A stretch of 64,000 bases of DNA from Eledone cirrhosa (lineage: Eukaryota). The notes beneath the pieces are model-generated. The model had not been told where the DNA came from. It saw only the letters and a program-made list of their open reading frames with translations, and ran no database searches. Position 1 is the first letter of the stretch, and each line of letters begins with the position of its first letter. This document shows positions 40,740 through 51,104 of the stretch, piece after piece. The stretch lies in contig OZ024752.1 in assembly GCA_964016885.1 (NCBI GenBank), positions 21,700,001 to 21,764,000 on the forward strand. Direction: 5' to 3'. A program made the translations under genes and the position numbers.

Positions 40740-42148
40740 TATATTATTATTATTATTTGAGTCTCAGTCATTGATGTTATTTAACTGGAAAGTTTGTTGA
40801 AATGAATATCAAACCGCTACCTGCAGCCTCAGATATTCAGGATGTATCGGAGGGTTCTTGCTGTTCCCAGCAAGCATGCCTTTTGAAGTGTTTCAAAAAG
40901 CGAGGCTGGACTAATCTTCTTTAACCATCCTTGGAAACTCTTTGAGATAGTACCTAGTGCGCCTATGACAATCGGGACGACCTTGACTTCATGGCAGTTC
41001 CAAATGATTTTTACCTCCCACTTTAAGTCCTGGTATCGGTTAATTTTCTCCCTCTCCTTTTCTTGCACTCTTGTGTCAAATGGGCAGGCTACATCTACAA
41101 TCAGGCACAATCTTTTTTCCTTGTCCAAAACCACCAGGTCAAGCCTATTGTGTGTTTTAATTTCTTGTCCGTCTGTATCCTAAAATCCCATAGCACCTTC
41201 ACCTGATCGTTTTCTATCACCGACTCTGGCTTATGCTCATACCACTTCTCAGAATGTGGTAAATTGTTTACTTTGCATAGATGCCACTGGATCACCCTGC
41301 CTATCACATCATGCCTCCAGCCTTTATAGTGAGTTTGGGCTAGGTGTTTACACTCAAATACAATGTGAGCCACAGTCTCCTCTCTCTCTCCACAGATCCT
41401 ACACAGTGAGCTAGCCTCCCCCTTGTAAATATGGTGTTTCACCCACTTCGTTCTGAGGGCCTGCTCTTGCGCAGCCATTAGCATTCCTTCTGTAGCTTTT
41501 TTAAGGTCTCCTCTTTTTAACCAGCTCCATGTCTGTGGATCTCTTAATTAAGTTTTCTTAAAGAAGGTACTATGAAGGGATTTTTCATGAAGGTTGCTCT
41601 TCTTCCTTGTTATTTCCTTCTTGGACATCCCTTGGTCTATTGTCTTCTCCTTCAGTACAATTTTGAGCATTGGCTCCCAACTGTCAGTGACGTATTTGTG
41701 CAGGTTGTTTTTCTCCATCTGAACACAGTCGTCTATGCTGATAAGACCTCTTCCACCTTCAGATCTTTTTAAGTAGAGTCTATCGACATCACTCCTCTTG
41801 TGGAACATGTTGTAGATAGTCAATAGCTTCCTAGTCTTCCTATCCATTTCTTTTTGTTCAGCAGCATTCCATTTCAGAATTCCTGCACTGTACCTAATAA
41901 TAGACACAGCTCGGGAATTCACTGCACTTATGACATTCCTACTATTTAGATGTGATTTCAATACGTTCCTTACTCTCCTTATGTACTCAGATCTTATCAA
42001 TTCCTTCATTTTTTTTGTTCTTGATTTCATCTGCCTCCAGAACATCTAAATATTTGTATCCTTCTTCCTTTATCATTTCACCTGTTGGTACTTGGATTCC
42101 GTTACTTCTGCTCAATTTACCCCTCTTCATCACTAGGACTCCACACTT
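40740..42148 (-). mobile_element. Decayed R4/Dong-type non-LTR retrotransposon, C-terminal half (RT end, CCHC knuckle, RLE endonuclease, 3' UTR, (TAA)n tail)
   Basis: KCGVL...YKYL, DRLYL.RSEGGRGL, AAQEQAL, CRICG..EET.AHI..EC, RHD, LWDF.IQTD, IVDVACP, EK..RYQDL; frameshifts; ends in TAA repeats at ~40735-40757. Confidence 0.93.
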
Positions 42149-42164
42149 ATTAATATTATATTAT

Positions 42165-42342
42165 TGGATTGGCAGTATCGGTAGAGGGTCTGACGCCATG
42201 CTTTCCAGCAAAGAGTTACGGCCCTTTATTGTTCAAATCCTGCCAAGGTTAACTTTGCCTTTCATCCTTACAGGGTCGATAAAATAAAGTACCAGTAATA
42301 CACTGGGTAATTGCTGGCCTTGTGCCAAAATTAGAAACAATT
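42165..42342 (+). mobile_element. tRNA-derived Nin/Deu-core SINE copy
   Basis: Aligns by eye to 38222-38412; GTTCAAATCC B-box and GCCTTTCATCCTTACAGGGTCGATAAAATAAAGTACCAG core. Confidence 0.85.
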
Positions 42343-42391
42343 ATAATATTACATTATTATATTAATTATTATTATTATTATTATTATTATT

Positions 42392-42577
42392 GGGCGGTGG
42401 ATTGGCAGTATCGGTAGAGGGTCAGACGCCATGCTTTCCAGCATAGTTACGTCCCTTTACGATCTGAGTTCAAATCCCGCCGAGGTTGACTTTGCCTTTC
42501 ATCCTTACGGGGTCGATAAAATAAAGTACCAGTAATGCACTGGGATAATTGCTGGCCTTGTGCCTAAAGTAGAAACA

Positions 42578-42580
<3 letters not shown>
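42392..42580 (+). mobile_element. tRNA-derived Nin/Deu-core SINE copy (most complete), followed by (ATT)n
   Basis: GGGCGGTGGATTGGCAGTATCGGTAG 5' end, GAGTTCAAATCCCGCC B-box, same core and 3' end as the other copies. Confidence 0.88.
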
Positions 42581-42607
<27 letters not shown>

Positions 42608-42609
<2 letters not shown>

Positions 42610-45600
42610 AGCTGCATTTATCTTGCTTTATGTTCATACGAGTTATCACCAAGTCACAACCAGTGACCTCAAGAGACAACAAGGTCCGCCATGTTCAAGA
42701 AAGAACATACATACACACACATGCATCTTTAGGTGTTTAGACTTGTGATGTACTTATATTGACAGAATCTTCCTTAGTATATGGGCAGTTACCATTAGTC
42801 CTATCTTTTGTATTTCTCCTATACGCGGGTTTCCCGGGATTTGCGATAAGTAATCATTAGACCCCTTAGGTATCATTCCTGGAGCACCTACAACCACTGG
42901 TATTTTTTTAGTTCTCAATTTCCACATTTTTCCAATTTCTATCTCCAGGTCCTTATACTTGCTCAATTTTTCAAATGTTTTTATAGATACATTCTTGTCT
43001 ATTGGAACGGACATATCAATTAGCAGGCATACCCTCTTTTTAAAGTCCTTCAGTATTATATCAGGTCTATTTGCATCTATTTTTCGGTCTGTTTGGATGC
43101 TAAAGTTCCACAAGATTGAGATGTGATCTTTTTCAAGTATGGGAGGTGGTTGATGCTCCCACCAATTCTTTTGATGGAGCAGGTCAAAATGCTTACACAT
43201 TATCCAATGTATGTATTGTGCAGCTCTGTCATGCCTGTTTAGGTATTCGGTTGGAGCTATAGGACTACACATTGAAATTATATGATCAATCGTCTCTGGT
43301 TGTTTTTTACATACACGACATAATGGGCTGCATCCATTTTTTATTATGTTGGCTTGGTAATTTTTTGTTGGCAGACACTGATCTTGTGCTGATATAATCA
43401 GTCCTTCAGTCTCCGATTTCAATCCAGAGGATGCCAACCACTGATGGGTTAAAGTTTTGTCAACATCAGGATTGTTAGCTCTTTCTGGGTATTTTCCATA
43501 CAGAGGCTTTTCTTGCCATTTCTTAGCCAGTTTCTGTAGCAGTTCTTTCTTTGCAGTTACTTTTACCTGCTTTGCTTTTTCTGTGTTTTCCATTTCAGCA
43601 GTAAATGGGACTTCTGAAATGTGTAGTCCATTACTGTATCTTTGTGCATCTTTTGTAATGGAGTATAATCTTTTGATGCTTTCATGTTTCAAAACGAGTT
43701 TGATCATCCAATCATGTGATTCCCTTAGATATGTAGATAATCCAATTGTTGCAGTTTTCAACGCAATATCTAACTGGATTAACCCACGTCCTCCTTCTTT
43801 CCTAGGGAGATATATTCTATCTGTATCTGCCTTAGGGTGATGCATTCTGTGCATGGTTAAGAATTTTCTAATTTTTGTATTGAACCTACGGATCTCTGTG
43901 CTTGACCAGTTGATGACATTGTAACTGTAGGTTACTACTAGTATGGCAAGCGTGTTTATGGCATCGATCCTATTCTTTGCATTCAATTCCGTTCTTAAGA
44001 TTGCTCTTACTCTGCAGTAACATTCCTTCCTTATCCTTTCCCTCATTGTCGAGTGCTTGATTCCGTCTCCTTCACAAACACCTAGATATTTGTAAGTTTC
44101 CTCTTGATCAAGTTCTCTTATCACATTCCCCCGATCAAGATTAATGTCTGAACTTTTCAGCAGCTTTCCTCTGGTGAACGTTGCTTTGGCGCATTTATCT
44201 AGTCCAAACTCCATTTTAATGTCATCACTGAACTGCTCCACAGTGGATAATAGCCCTTGCAATTGTTCATCACTTTTTGCAAATAGTTTCAAGTCATCCA
44301 TGTAGAACAAGTGATTAATGGTTTTGTCCTAGACTTTATATCCATGTTTTGTTTCATTGAGCATTTTACTTAATGGTATAAGTGCGATGCAGAATAAAAG
44401 CGGTGATAAAGAGTCACCCTGAAAAATTCCACAATTAATATTAACTTCTCCAGCTTCCAGTGATTTTGTTTCACTATTCAAAAGGAGTGTCGTTTTCCAT
44501 GTCTTCATACTGAATGACAAGAACCTCCTGACAACGGGAGATATTTTGAAAATCTCTAAACATTTTTCAATCCAACTGTGTAGCAAACTATCGAATGCTT
44601 TTTTATAATATATCCAAGCAATTGATAGATTTTTGTGTCTATTATGACAATCTTCCAGTATCATTTTGTTAACCAAAAGCTGATCCTTACAGCCATATGA
44701 GCCTCGTTTACACCCTTTCTGCTCATTGGGAAATAGGTCATTTGTTATCAGGTGGTCATATGTATATTCAGTTAGGACTGATGTTAAAATTTTATACATT
44801 GTGGTCAAGCAAGTTATCGGTCTGTAATTTTGGGGATTGTTTGTCTCATCATTCTTCAGAAGCAGGAATGTAATGCCGTTAACTAGCCATGATGGTATCT
44901 TTTCTGGCTCCTTAACTATTTCATTGTAAAGTTGGGCTAACAGCTCATGAGACTCTGTGAAGGCATTTATCCAAAAATTTGGTATTTTGTCTTTTCCTGG
45001 GGATTTCCATTTGCTGGTTTTTCTAAGAGCCAAACGTAACTGTTCAACTGTTATATTTTCCCATATTTGTTCCTCAAGGTGAGCTGTATCTTTCATTTGT
45101 CTGTCTATCCATGGGGTATGTATATTATGAACTTTTTCTTCGGCCCAGATCTTTTCCCAGAATTCTTGCACTTCCTCCTTGGGTGGTATTGATTTAGCAG
45201 TTATTGTTGACTTATTGTCTATGTCACTTGTTGATTTTATACTGTATTTTCTTTTCAATTTTCTAAGTTTAGTTTGTTTAACATGTTCACCTACTTTGTA
45301 GTTTGTTAAAATTTCTATGTCAGATCGGAGAAGGTTTATTTGGCGATTGACGTTCTCTTGCCAAGTAGATTTCTTGTGGGAATTCCTTTGTTTTTTCATT
45401 TTCACTCCACATAAGTGAGTGGTGACTTTAGCCGATGCGTAATAGAGATGATTTAAATCAGTAATGTTTAGTTTGTTTGTGATGATAATGTTTTTGAGAA
45501 TTATGTTAGTCTTGTGTATTATCTTTTGGTTCTGTTTGGAATTCTGGATCTTAGGGAGGGTGTCTCGTTCCCCCATGTCAGATTCTTTCATTTTCATCCA

Positions 45601-45855
45601 TTCTATCATAATTTCATCCTTCAAGTTGGAAAGTTCATTCTCATTCATTTCTTTATCATTTACGATCTCATTGTTTTCATTTTGAGTTTCATCTTGAGCA
45701 TGCACTCCCTCCACTTTTTCGATCCTTTCTTTAATTTGTTCTGTTGTCAGTGATTTCGCCCCAACCCTGGGATTCGAAGTGTTACAATTTACCTCGTTTT
45801 CACTGACACATGTTTCATTTTCCCTTCGCTGACTTTGTGCTAATAGCTTGATCTG
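42608..45855 (-). mobile_element. Largely colinear R4/Dong-type non-LTR retrotransposon (RT + CCHC + RLE), 5'-truncated and inactivated
   Basis: ORFs 44329-45714 and 42754-44310 are in one frame, split by a single TAG (44329-44331); motifs WKSPGKDKI, NYRPITCL, QGDSLSPLLF, YMDD, CRVC...HI...C, RHD, NRPD, IDMSVP, EK..KYKDL; motif-A Asp replaced by Tyr (WIYYKKAFD); 3' end in (TAA)n. Confidence 0.95.
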
Positions 45856-45856
<1 letters not shown>

Positions 45857-45888
<32 letters not shown>

Positions 45889-47855
45889 GTTTAACGTCCA
45901 TCTTCCACGCTTGCATGGGTTTGGACGGGAGTTTTCCCACTTGAGGCAAGAGTGGTTGTCTTGCTCGCATAGGACTGTCTGGCGGGTTTTCTACGGCTGG
46001 ATGCCCTTCCTAACACCAACCACGTTTACAGTGTGGACTGGGAGGTGTTTACCGTGTTGCCTACACGGCCACATTACAGCGTGGACTGTGTGTTTTTTTG
46101 TCGTGAAACCTACACGACCTCATTTGTTTCGGACTGGATGTTGTGGTACCAACATAACTTTACATTGAAAGGGGTGGTGTGGATGGGGTGGGGGTAGTGG
46201 GATGGGGGTGTATTTTGTTAGAGGTGCCTCGTGACTGTAGTAGGTTTCACTTTGTACTTAGGTAAGGCGGGTCTTCTGTATTACTGTGAGCGCCAAAGAT
46301 CTCGGTCCAGTGACATTGTCTTGGCGAGGTGTAAGTGTGTGAGGTCGGAATTTATCAAGTCATCCCAGGTTTTTCTGGGTCTGCCTACTCTGTGGCTACC
46401 ATCTATTTTTATTGCCCTGCACTTTTTTATACAGCTGTCGTCTTTCATGCGCATCACGTGACCATACCAACGTAATCTTCTCTCAAGTAAACAACATCTG
46501 ATCCCTCTTATTTCTAATTTTTCCCTTAGTTCGTTTATGCTTTGCCGTTCACGTATATTACTATTACACATCCAGTGGAGCATGCAACTTCGTTCCTCTC
46601 CAGCCTGCGTATATCCTCTGCACACAATGCCCAGGTCTCACTGCCATGTAACATTGCTGTTCATATGCAGGCATCATACAGCCTGCCTTTCATTTTTAGA
46701 GAACCCTTTAGCGGCTAATAGTGGAACGGGGGACTCTGTTGAAGGCTTTCTCCAAGTCGACAAAAGCTAAGTATAGGGGTTTACATTTAGCTAGGTACTT
46801 CTCCTGTAGTTGTCGTACAATGAAAAGAGCGTCTGTGGTACTTTTACCTGACACAAACCCGAACTGCATTTCATCTAGATCAATTCGCTCTCTGATTAGT
46901 TGCGCTATTACTTTTTCTGTGACCTTCATGACCTGGTCGATTAATTTAATGCCTCTATAGTTACTCCTATCTAGGGAATCTCCTTTACCCTTGTAGCAGT
47001 TAATGATGATGCTGCTATGCCAGTCCTTCGGAACAACCCCATTCTGTATGACTTGGTTTACTATCCGGGTGACCATGGTGTGTCCCACCGTTCCAGAAGC
47101 TTTCAGCATTTCAGCAACTATTTCCAAAGGCCCAGCCGCCTTACCCGTCTTCATATCTTTGATTGCCTTACTTATTATACTACCTTCGACTAACACTGCT
47201 GGTCCCTCTATTGGATCGATGTGGGGGAGACTGTCTTTCTCCCATTTATTCTCCTCATTTAGTAGCCTTTTGTAGTGACACTTCCAAGCTACCTTCTTAC
47301 CAGCGTCAGTGATGGCAAGTACACCATCATCATTCAAGCCACACTTCTCCCCGACAATATCACGGTTTTCCTTGACACATTGCCGAGCAATCCTGAACAC
47401 CTCACGTTTTTGGTTCTCGCATTGTAGAACATGCTTGAACTTTCTTTCCTCTGCTTCCCTTCTTGCGAAGTACACTTGTCTCCTAGCTTCCCTCCTGGCC
47501 ACTTGATAGTCTTCTCTACTTCCCCCATCCTGCCATACTTTCCAAGCCTGCTTTTTGGCCTTAATTGACTCCTCCACCTTACTGTTCCACCACCACGTTA
47601 CTCTCCTCCTGCCTATAAGCCTGCTCCAGCCACAGACTTCGTCTGCCGCCATCAGCAGGTTTGCTTTCAGGAATTCCCACTGTTCCTCTATATTGTATGA
47701 CTCTAAATGCTCTTCCTTACTGTCGAAAGCATCAAGTAATATGCTTTTAAATTTATTACTGGCTGTGGGGTCCTTTAGCTTCCATATTTTTCTCCTGGGG
47801 ATAGTCCTCTTCTGTTGTCGAGTACGTCTCGTCCTGACTATGAGGTCACTAATTA
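45857..47855 (-). mobile_element. RTE-clade LINE, 5'-truncated just after the APE domain, with an internal deletion of the RT core at ~46727; long 3' UTR and (GAT)n tail
   Basis: TWWWN..V, KGKGD...NYRGIKL, QFGF..GKSTTDA, FVDLEKAFNRVP joined directly to LLAAKGFS...MLHGSETW, RLRWYGHVMRM, GRPRKTW. Confidence 0.92.
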
Positions 47856-47859
47856 TCAG

Positions 47860-47912
<53 letters not shown>

Positions 47913-47940
47913 ATCATTATTATCATCATCATCATCATAA
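47860..47940. repeat. (TTA)n/(ATC)n microsatellite
   Basis: Directly visible. Confidence 0.95.
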
Positions 47941-47947
47941 ATTGTAC

Positions 47948-48090
47948 CCAGTACACTCTGTAAAGTGGTTGGCATTAGAAAGGGCATCCATCTGTAAAAA
48001 CCATACTAAAATATGAAATATATGAGCAAGACGTGTTTATCCAACCATCTCTTGTTCCAGACCACAATGACCTGTCCAACCCATAGACCT
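47948..48090 (+). mobile_element. Diverged fragment related to the RTE 3' UTR / RTE-tailed SINE
   Basis: ACACTCTGTAAAGTGGTTGGCATTAGAAAGGGCATCCATCTGTAAAAACC is the reverse complement of the motif at ~45985-46035 and ~52520-52570. Confidence 0.7.
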
Positions 48091-48177
48091 GTCCAACCAG
48101 ATATATTTAAAAGAGTCAGTGTTGCAGCATATGTACAAACTGTATTTGCATATTACAATTGCTTTGATATTGATCAG

Positions 48178-48362
48178 ATCAAGGCGATGGGGCCTGGCTT
48201 TCTTTCAACACTACATCAGATATACGAGTTTATATGCGCAAAGACACATCTAAATCTATTTACACTCTGTAGACTACGGCAGTTTTGCTGGAATATAACC
48301 CAAATGAAACAGACCTCGTAACAGCATTGAGTGCTTTGAATGGTGTGCTGCCTGTAACTGAG
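48178..48362 (+). pseudogene. Candidate exon-like segment with one in-frame TAG (xQGDGAWLSFNTTSDIRVYMRKDTSKSIYTL*TTAVLLEYNPNETDLVTALSALNGVLPVTE)
   Basis: Acceptor tattgatcAG, 61 codons of protein-like composition with one stop (48270-48272), weak donor GAG|GTTACA. Not recognised. Confidence 0.3.
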
Positions 48363-48517
48363 GTTACACACTTAACTAATACACACACACATATATATAT
48401 ACATACATATATATATAAAGTTAATATGTCTAAGGGTACTAGGTACCCCCAGAAATACATAGGTTGTCTATGATTCAAGGTGGTTCGATGGTATTAATTT
48501 GATATACCAGAACTTAA

Positions 48518-48953
48518 TATCAAGATAAGCAGAACAAGTAAAATTCAACCAATTTTTCAAAATAAATCAAAATTAATTTAAAATTAAAATTAATTAAAAT
48601 TAATTTAAAATTAAAATTAATTAAAATTAAAAAATATAATATAAATATTTACCTATTCAGATGTACAGTTTATTTACCTGTACAGTTTCACTTTGCAAAA
48701 CATTAGATATCCTATGGATATTAATGGAAAAACAAAGATCATCAGAGAAGCATTTTCCTTTCCTAGGGTTAAAAACCCAGGAACGATAAAATATATGACC
48801 TCTTCGCCAGCTAACACAGGCCTGAAAGGTCGTAAAAGTGAATAGGTAAATATTTATATTATATTTTTTAATTTTAATTAATTTTAATTTTAAATTAATT
48901 TTGATTTATTTTGAAAAATTGGTTGAATTTTACTTGTTCTGCTTATCTTGATA
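48518..48953. repeat. Inverted repeat IR1: arms 48518-48659 and 48839-48953, 179-bp spacer
   Basis: TATCAAGATAAGCAGAACAAGTAAAATTCAACC... matches the reverse complement of ...GGTTGAATTTTACTTGTTCTGCTTATCTTGATA; the left arm has ~27 extra AT-rich bases. Confidence 0.93.
48655..48750 (-). ncRNA. Type I hammerhead-ribozyme-like motif (core intact, stems imperfect) in the IR1 spacer
   Basis: Minus strand: cttct CTGATGA tCTTTG...CAAAGt GAAA cTGTACAG-loop-CTGTACA TC tgaa. Confidence 0.5.
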
Positions 48954-48973
48954 CATATATATATATATAAAGA

Positions 48974-49304
48974 GAGGGTCATATTGTTGTAATAATATTG
49001 CCAGAAATAATAACAGAATACACTCACTTTTATATCTCCATAGTGAATTCATTTGGTCATCAATACAACAGGAGGAAACATAATAGTACCACTGATGATG
49101 TTGCAGATGTGCGACGAAAGAACTTTGTTAGACTATATATATGTATTTATATCTGTATTTTTTACCCTTGGTCAGTCAATGATTAATATTGATGACCAAA
49201 TGAATTAACTATGGAGATATAAAAGATACAGAAGCGAAAACCAACCAAAAGTGAGTGTGTTCTGTTATTATTTCTGGCAATATTATTACAAATATATGAC
49301 CCTC
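48974..49304. repeat. Inverted repeat IR2: arms 48974-49065 and 49187-49304 (insertion in the right arm)
   Basis: GAGGGTCATAT...GTAATAATATTGCCAGAAATAATAACAGAA...ATTTGGTCATCAATA pairs with TATTGATGACCAAAT...TTCTGTTATTATTTCTGGCAATATTATTAC...ATATGACCCTC. Confidence 0.92.
49083..49137 (+). ncRNA. Decayed hammerhead-like motif in the IR2 spacer
   Basis: CTGATGA t GTTGCA gatg TGCGAC GAAA gives an intact core and a 6-bp stem II; stem III and the cleavage site are imperfect; ATAGT/ACTAT could form stem I. Confidence 0.45.
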
Positions 49305-49569
49305 CCCAAGTATAACAATATTTGTTTCGACACACGATTTCATATCAAAAACCTTGCAAAACAAATATATATATATTTATATATATATATATATATAGTA
49401 TTAAGGATACTATTTATGGTTATGCAAATACAAAAACCTTTTGTAGTTATATATATTTTTACAAACCCTAAACAGTGATAGGCAGTAATATATTACTACC
49501 TTATTACCAGTAAGTTAAATAGCTCAATGTAATAACATCAGATGTTTTACAGAGCAGTTATATATAAGT

Positions 49570-50075
49570 TATAAGAATCAAAGATCTGTTCAAAACATTT
49601 TTATGCTTACAACTGTTTCCTCCAAACCGAGGTTTGGATTCTTCGGAGCAATTTATTAATGAATGAACACTTATATGACCTCCTTTTCAACCCAAGAGAC
49701 ATACAGATACATATGTAAACATTGTTGCTTGGTGGGTCGACATCCATTACAGCATTTAGTGTGGCAGTATACATTTAGAGGTTACATTCATATTAAAAGA
49801 GGATAAAATCAAAAATACAGGTTAAACTGTATTTTTGATTTTATCCTCTTTTAATATGAATGTAACCTCTAAATGTATACTGCCACACTAAATGCTGTAA
49901 TGGATGTCGACCCACCAAGCAACAATGTTTACATATGTATCTGTATGTCTCTTGGGTTGAAAAGGAGGTCATATAAGTGTTCATTCATTAATAAATTGCT
50001 CCGAAGAATCCAAACCTCGGTTTGGAAGAAACAGTTGTAAGCATAAAAATGTTTTGAACAGATCTTTGATTCTTA

Positions 50076-50077
<2 letters not shown>
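49570..50077. repeat. IR3: near-perfect 508-bp palindrome (251-bp arms, 6-nt centre GTTAAA)
   Basis: Centre ...AAAAATACAG GTTAAA CTGTATTTTT...; one arm mismatch noticed (TTTCCTCC versus GGAAGAAA); flanked by (AT)n. Confidence 0.97.
49997..50043 (+). ncRNA. Minimal Penelope-type type I hammerhead-like motif (mirror copy on the minus strand at 49604-49650)
   Basis: TGCT CCGAAGA a TCCAAACC tc GGTTTGGA a GAAA CAGTTG TA AGCA: stem I TGCT/AGCA, U4-to-C core variant, 8-bp stem II, quasi-palindromic stem III, GUA cleavage triplet. Confidence 0.65.
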
Positions 50078-50117
<40 letters not shown>

Positions 50118-50279
50118 TATTGGTGCTCTGAAATAGCGATGTATACATGAATGTACATATAATATATTTGGCAATATACTGTATGTTTAATTAAAAACAT
50201 TTAGAAGACCATTCGCTATGAGTTTTAAAGTAGTGACTATGTCACTTACGTATTCTCAGCAAATATATATATAAAGGTG

Positions 50280-51090
50280 TAGATGAATAATTCATGAAGG
50301 CTATGTATGCCATGTATGGAGGTATATCTAGAAAAGTGAAAGCTGGCAATGAGTACAGTGATGAATTTAAAGTGTAGGTGGAAGTTCACCAGAGTTCAGT
50401 CCTCGGTCTACTTTTGTTTATCATTTCTAGCCAGGTCATAACAGAGTTTTCATGGCACTCCATGGGAATTCCTGTATGCTGATGATCTACCTTATAGTTG
50501 AATCCAAGGAAGAGTTAGAGGTTAAATTCAAGATAAAAAAAAACTCCCTAAAATTGAAAGGCCTAAAAATAAATTAGGCAAAGACTAAAGTCTCGATAAG
50601 TAGGAAAGGGAACAAGAATCTTATACAACCAGGGAAGAGGCCATGTTTGATTTGTTGAAAATTGGTGGACAGAAATTCCATAAGGTGCGCACAATGTAAT
50701 CTATGGATGCACAAGAGATGTATACAGTAGATATGCAGAAGTAAACATTAAGAGCGCAGGTCAAATAGATTGCTTCAATTGCCAAGGATGGTCCTCAGAA
50801 GTTGTTGACAGCTTTTATTACCTAGAGCACTTAGTCAGCAGTAGGAGAGGATGCTATGAAAGCAGCTAGAGTCAGAATAGGCTGGAAGAAATTTAGGAAG
50901 ATGGTATCTCTGCTGACAACAAAGGGCTTCTTTTATCAGAGTGAATGGTAGACTGTGTGATGTCTGCTTATGAACTGCAATGCTACTAGGCAGTAAGACA
51001 TTGGCCTTGATTGCAGAAGACCTATGAAAGCTAGCAAGTAATGAAGCAAGCATGCTCCTGTAGATGTGCAATATTAATGTTCCTCAACAG
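50280..51090 (+). mobile_element. Old RTE-clade LINE fragment (RT C-terminal half) with a PHD-like Cys/His cluster
   Basis: VHQSSVLGLLLF, WEFLYADDL (50463-50489), GLKINLGKTK, PCLIC*...CAQCNLWMHKRC, EVVDSFYYL, ARVRIGWKKF, LLTTKG...; many stops; overlaps in homology with the C-terminal part of the 45857-47855 element. Confidence 0.88.
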
Positions 51091-51104
51091 ACATTAAATG
51101 ATGA

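Noticed and set aside
44329-44331. Single TAG splitting the ~1000-codon R4/Dong ORF as programmed readthrough or editing-rescued stop
   Set aside because: The same copy has the RT motif-A Asp changed to Tyr (WIYYKKAFD versus WIDYRKAFD), an apparent in-frame deletion upstream of the RT relative to the 39-kb copy, and a truncated 5' end, so it is simply a young dead copy.
48795-48838. Second hammerhead-like motif in the IR1 spacer (CTAACACAGGCCTGAAAGGTCGTAAA)
   Set aside because: Only a stem II-like hairpin is present; both conserved core strands are too degenerate.
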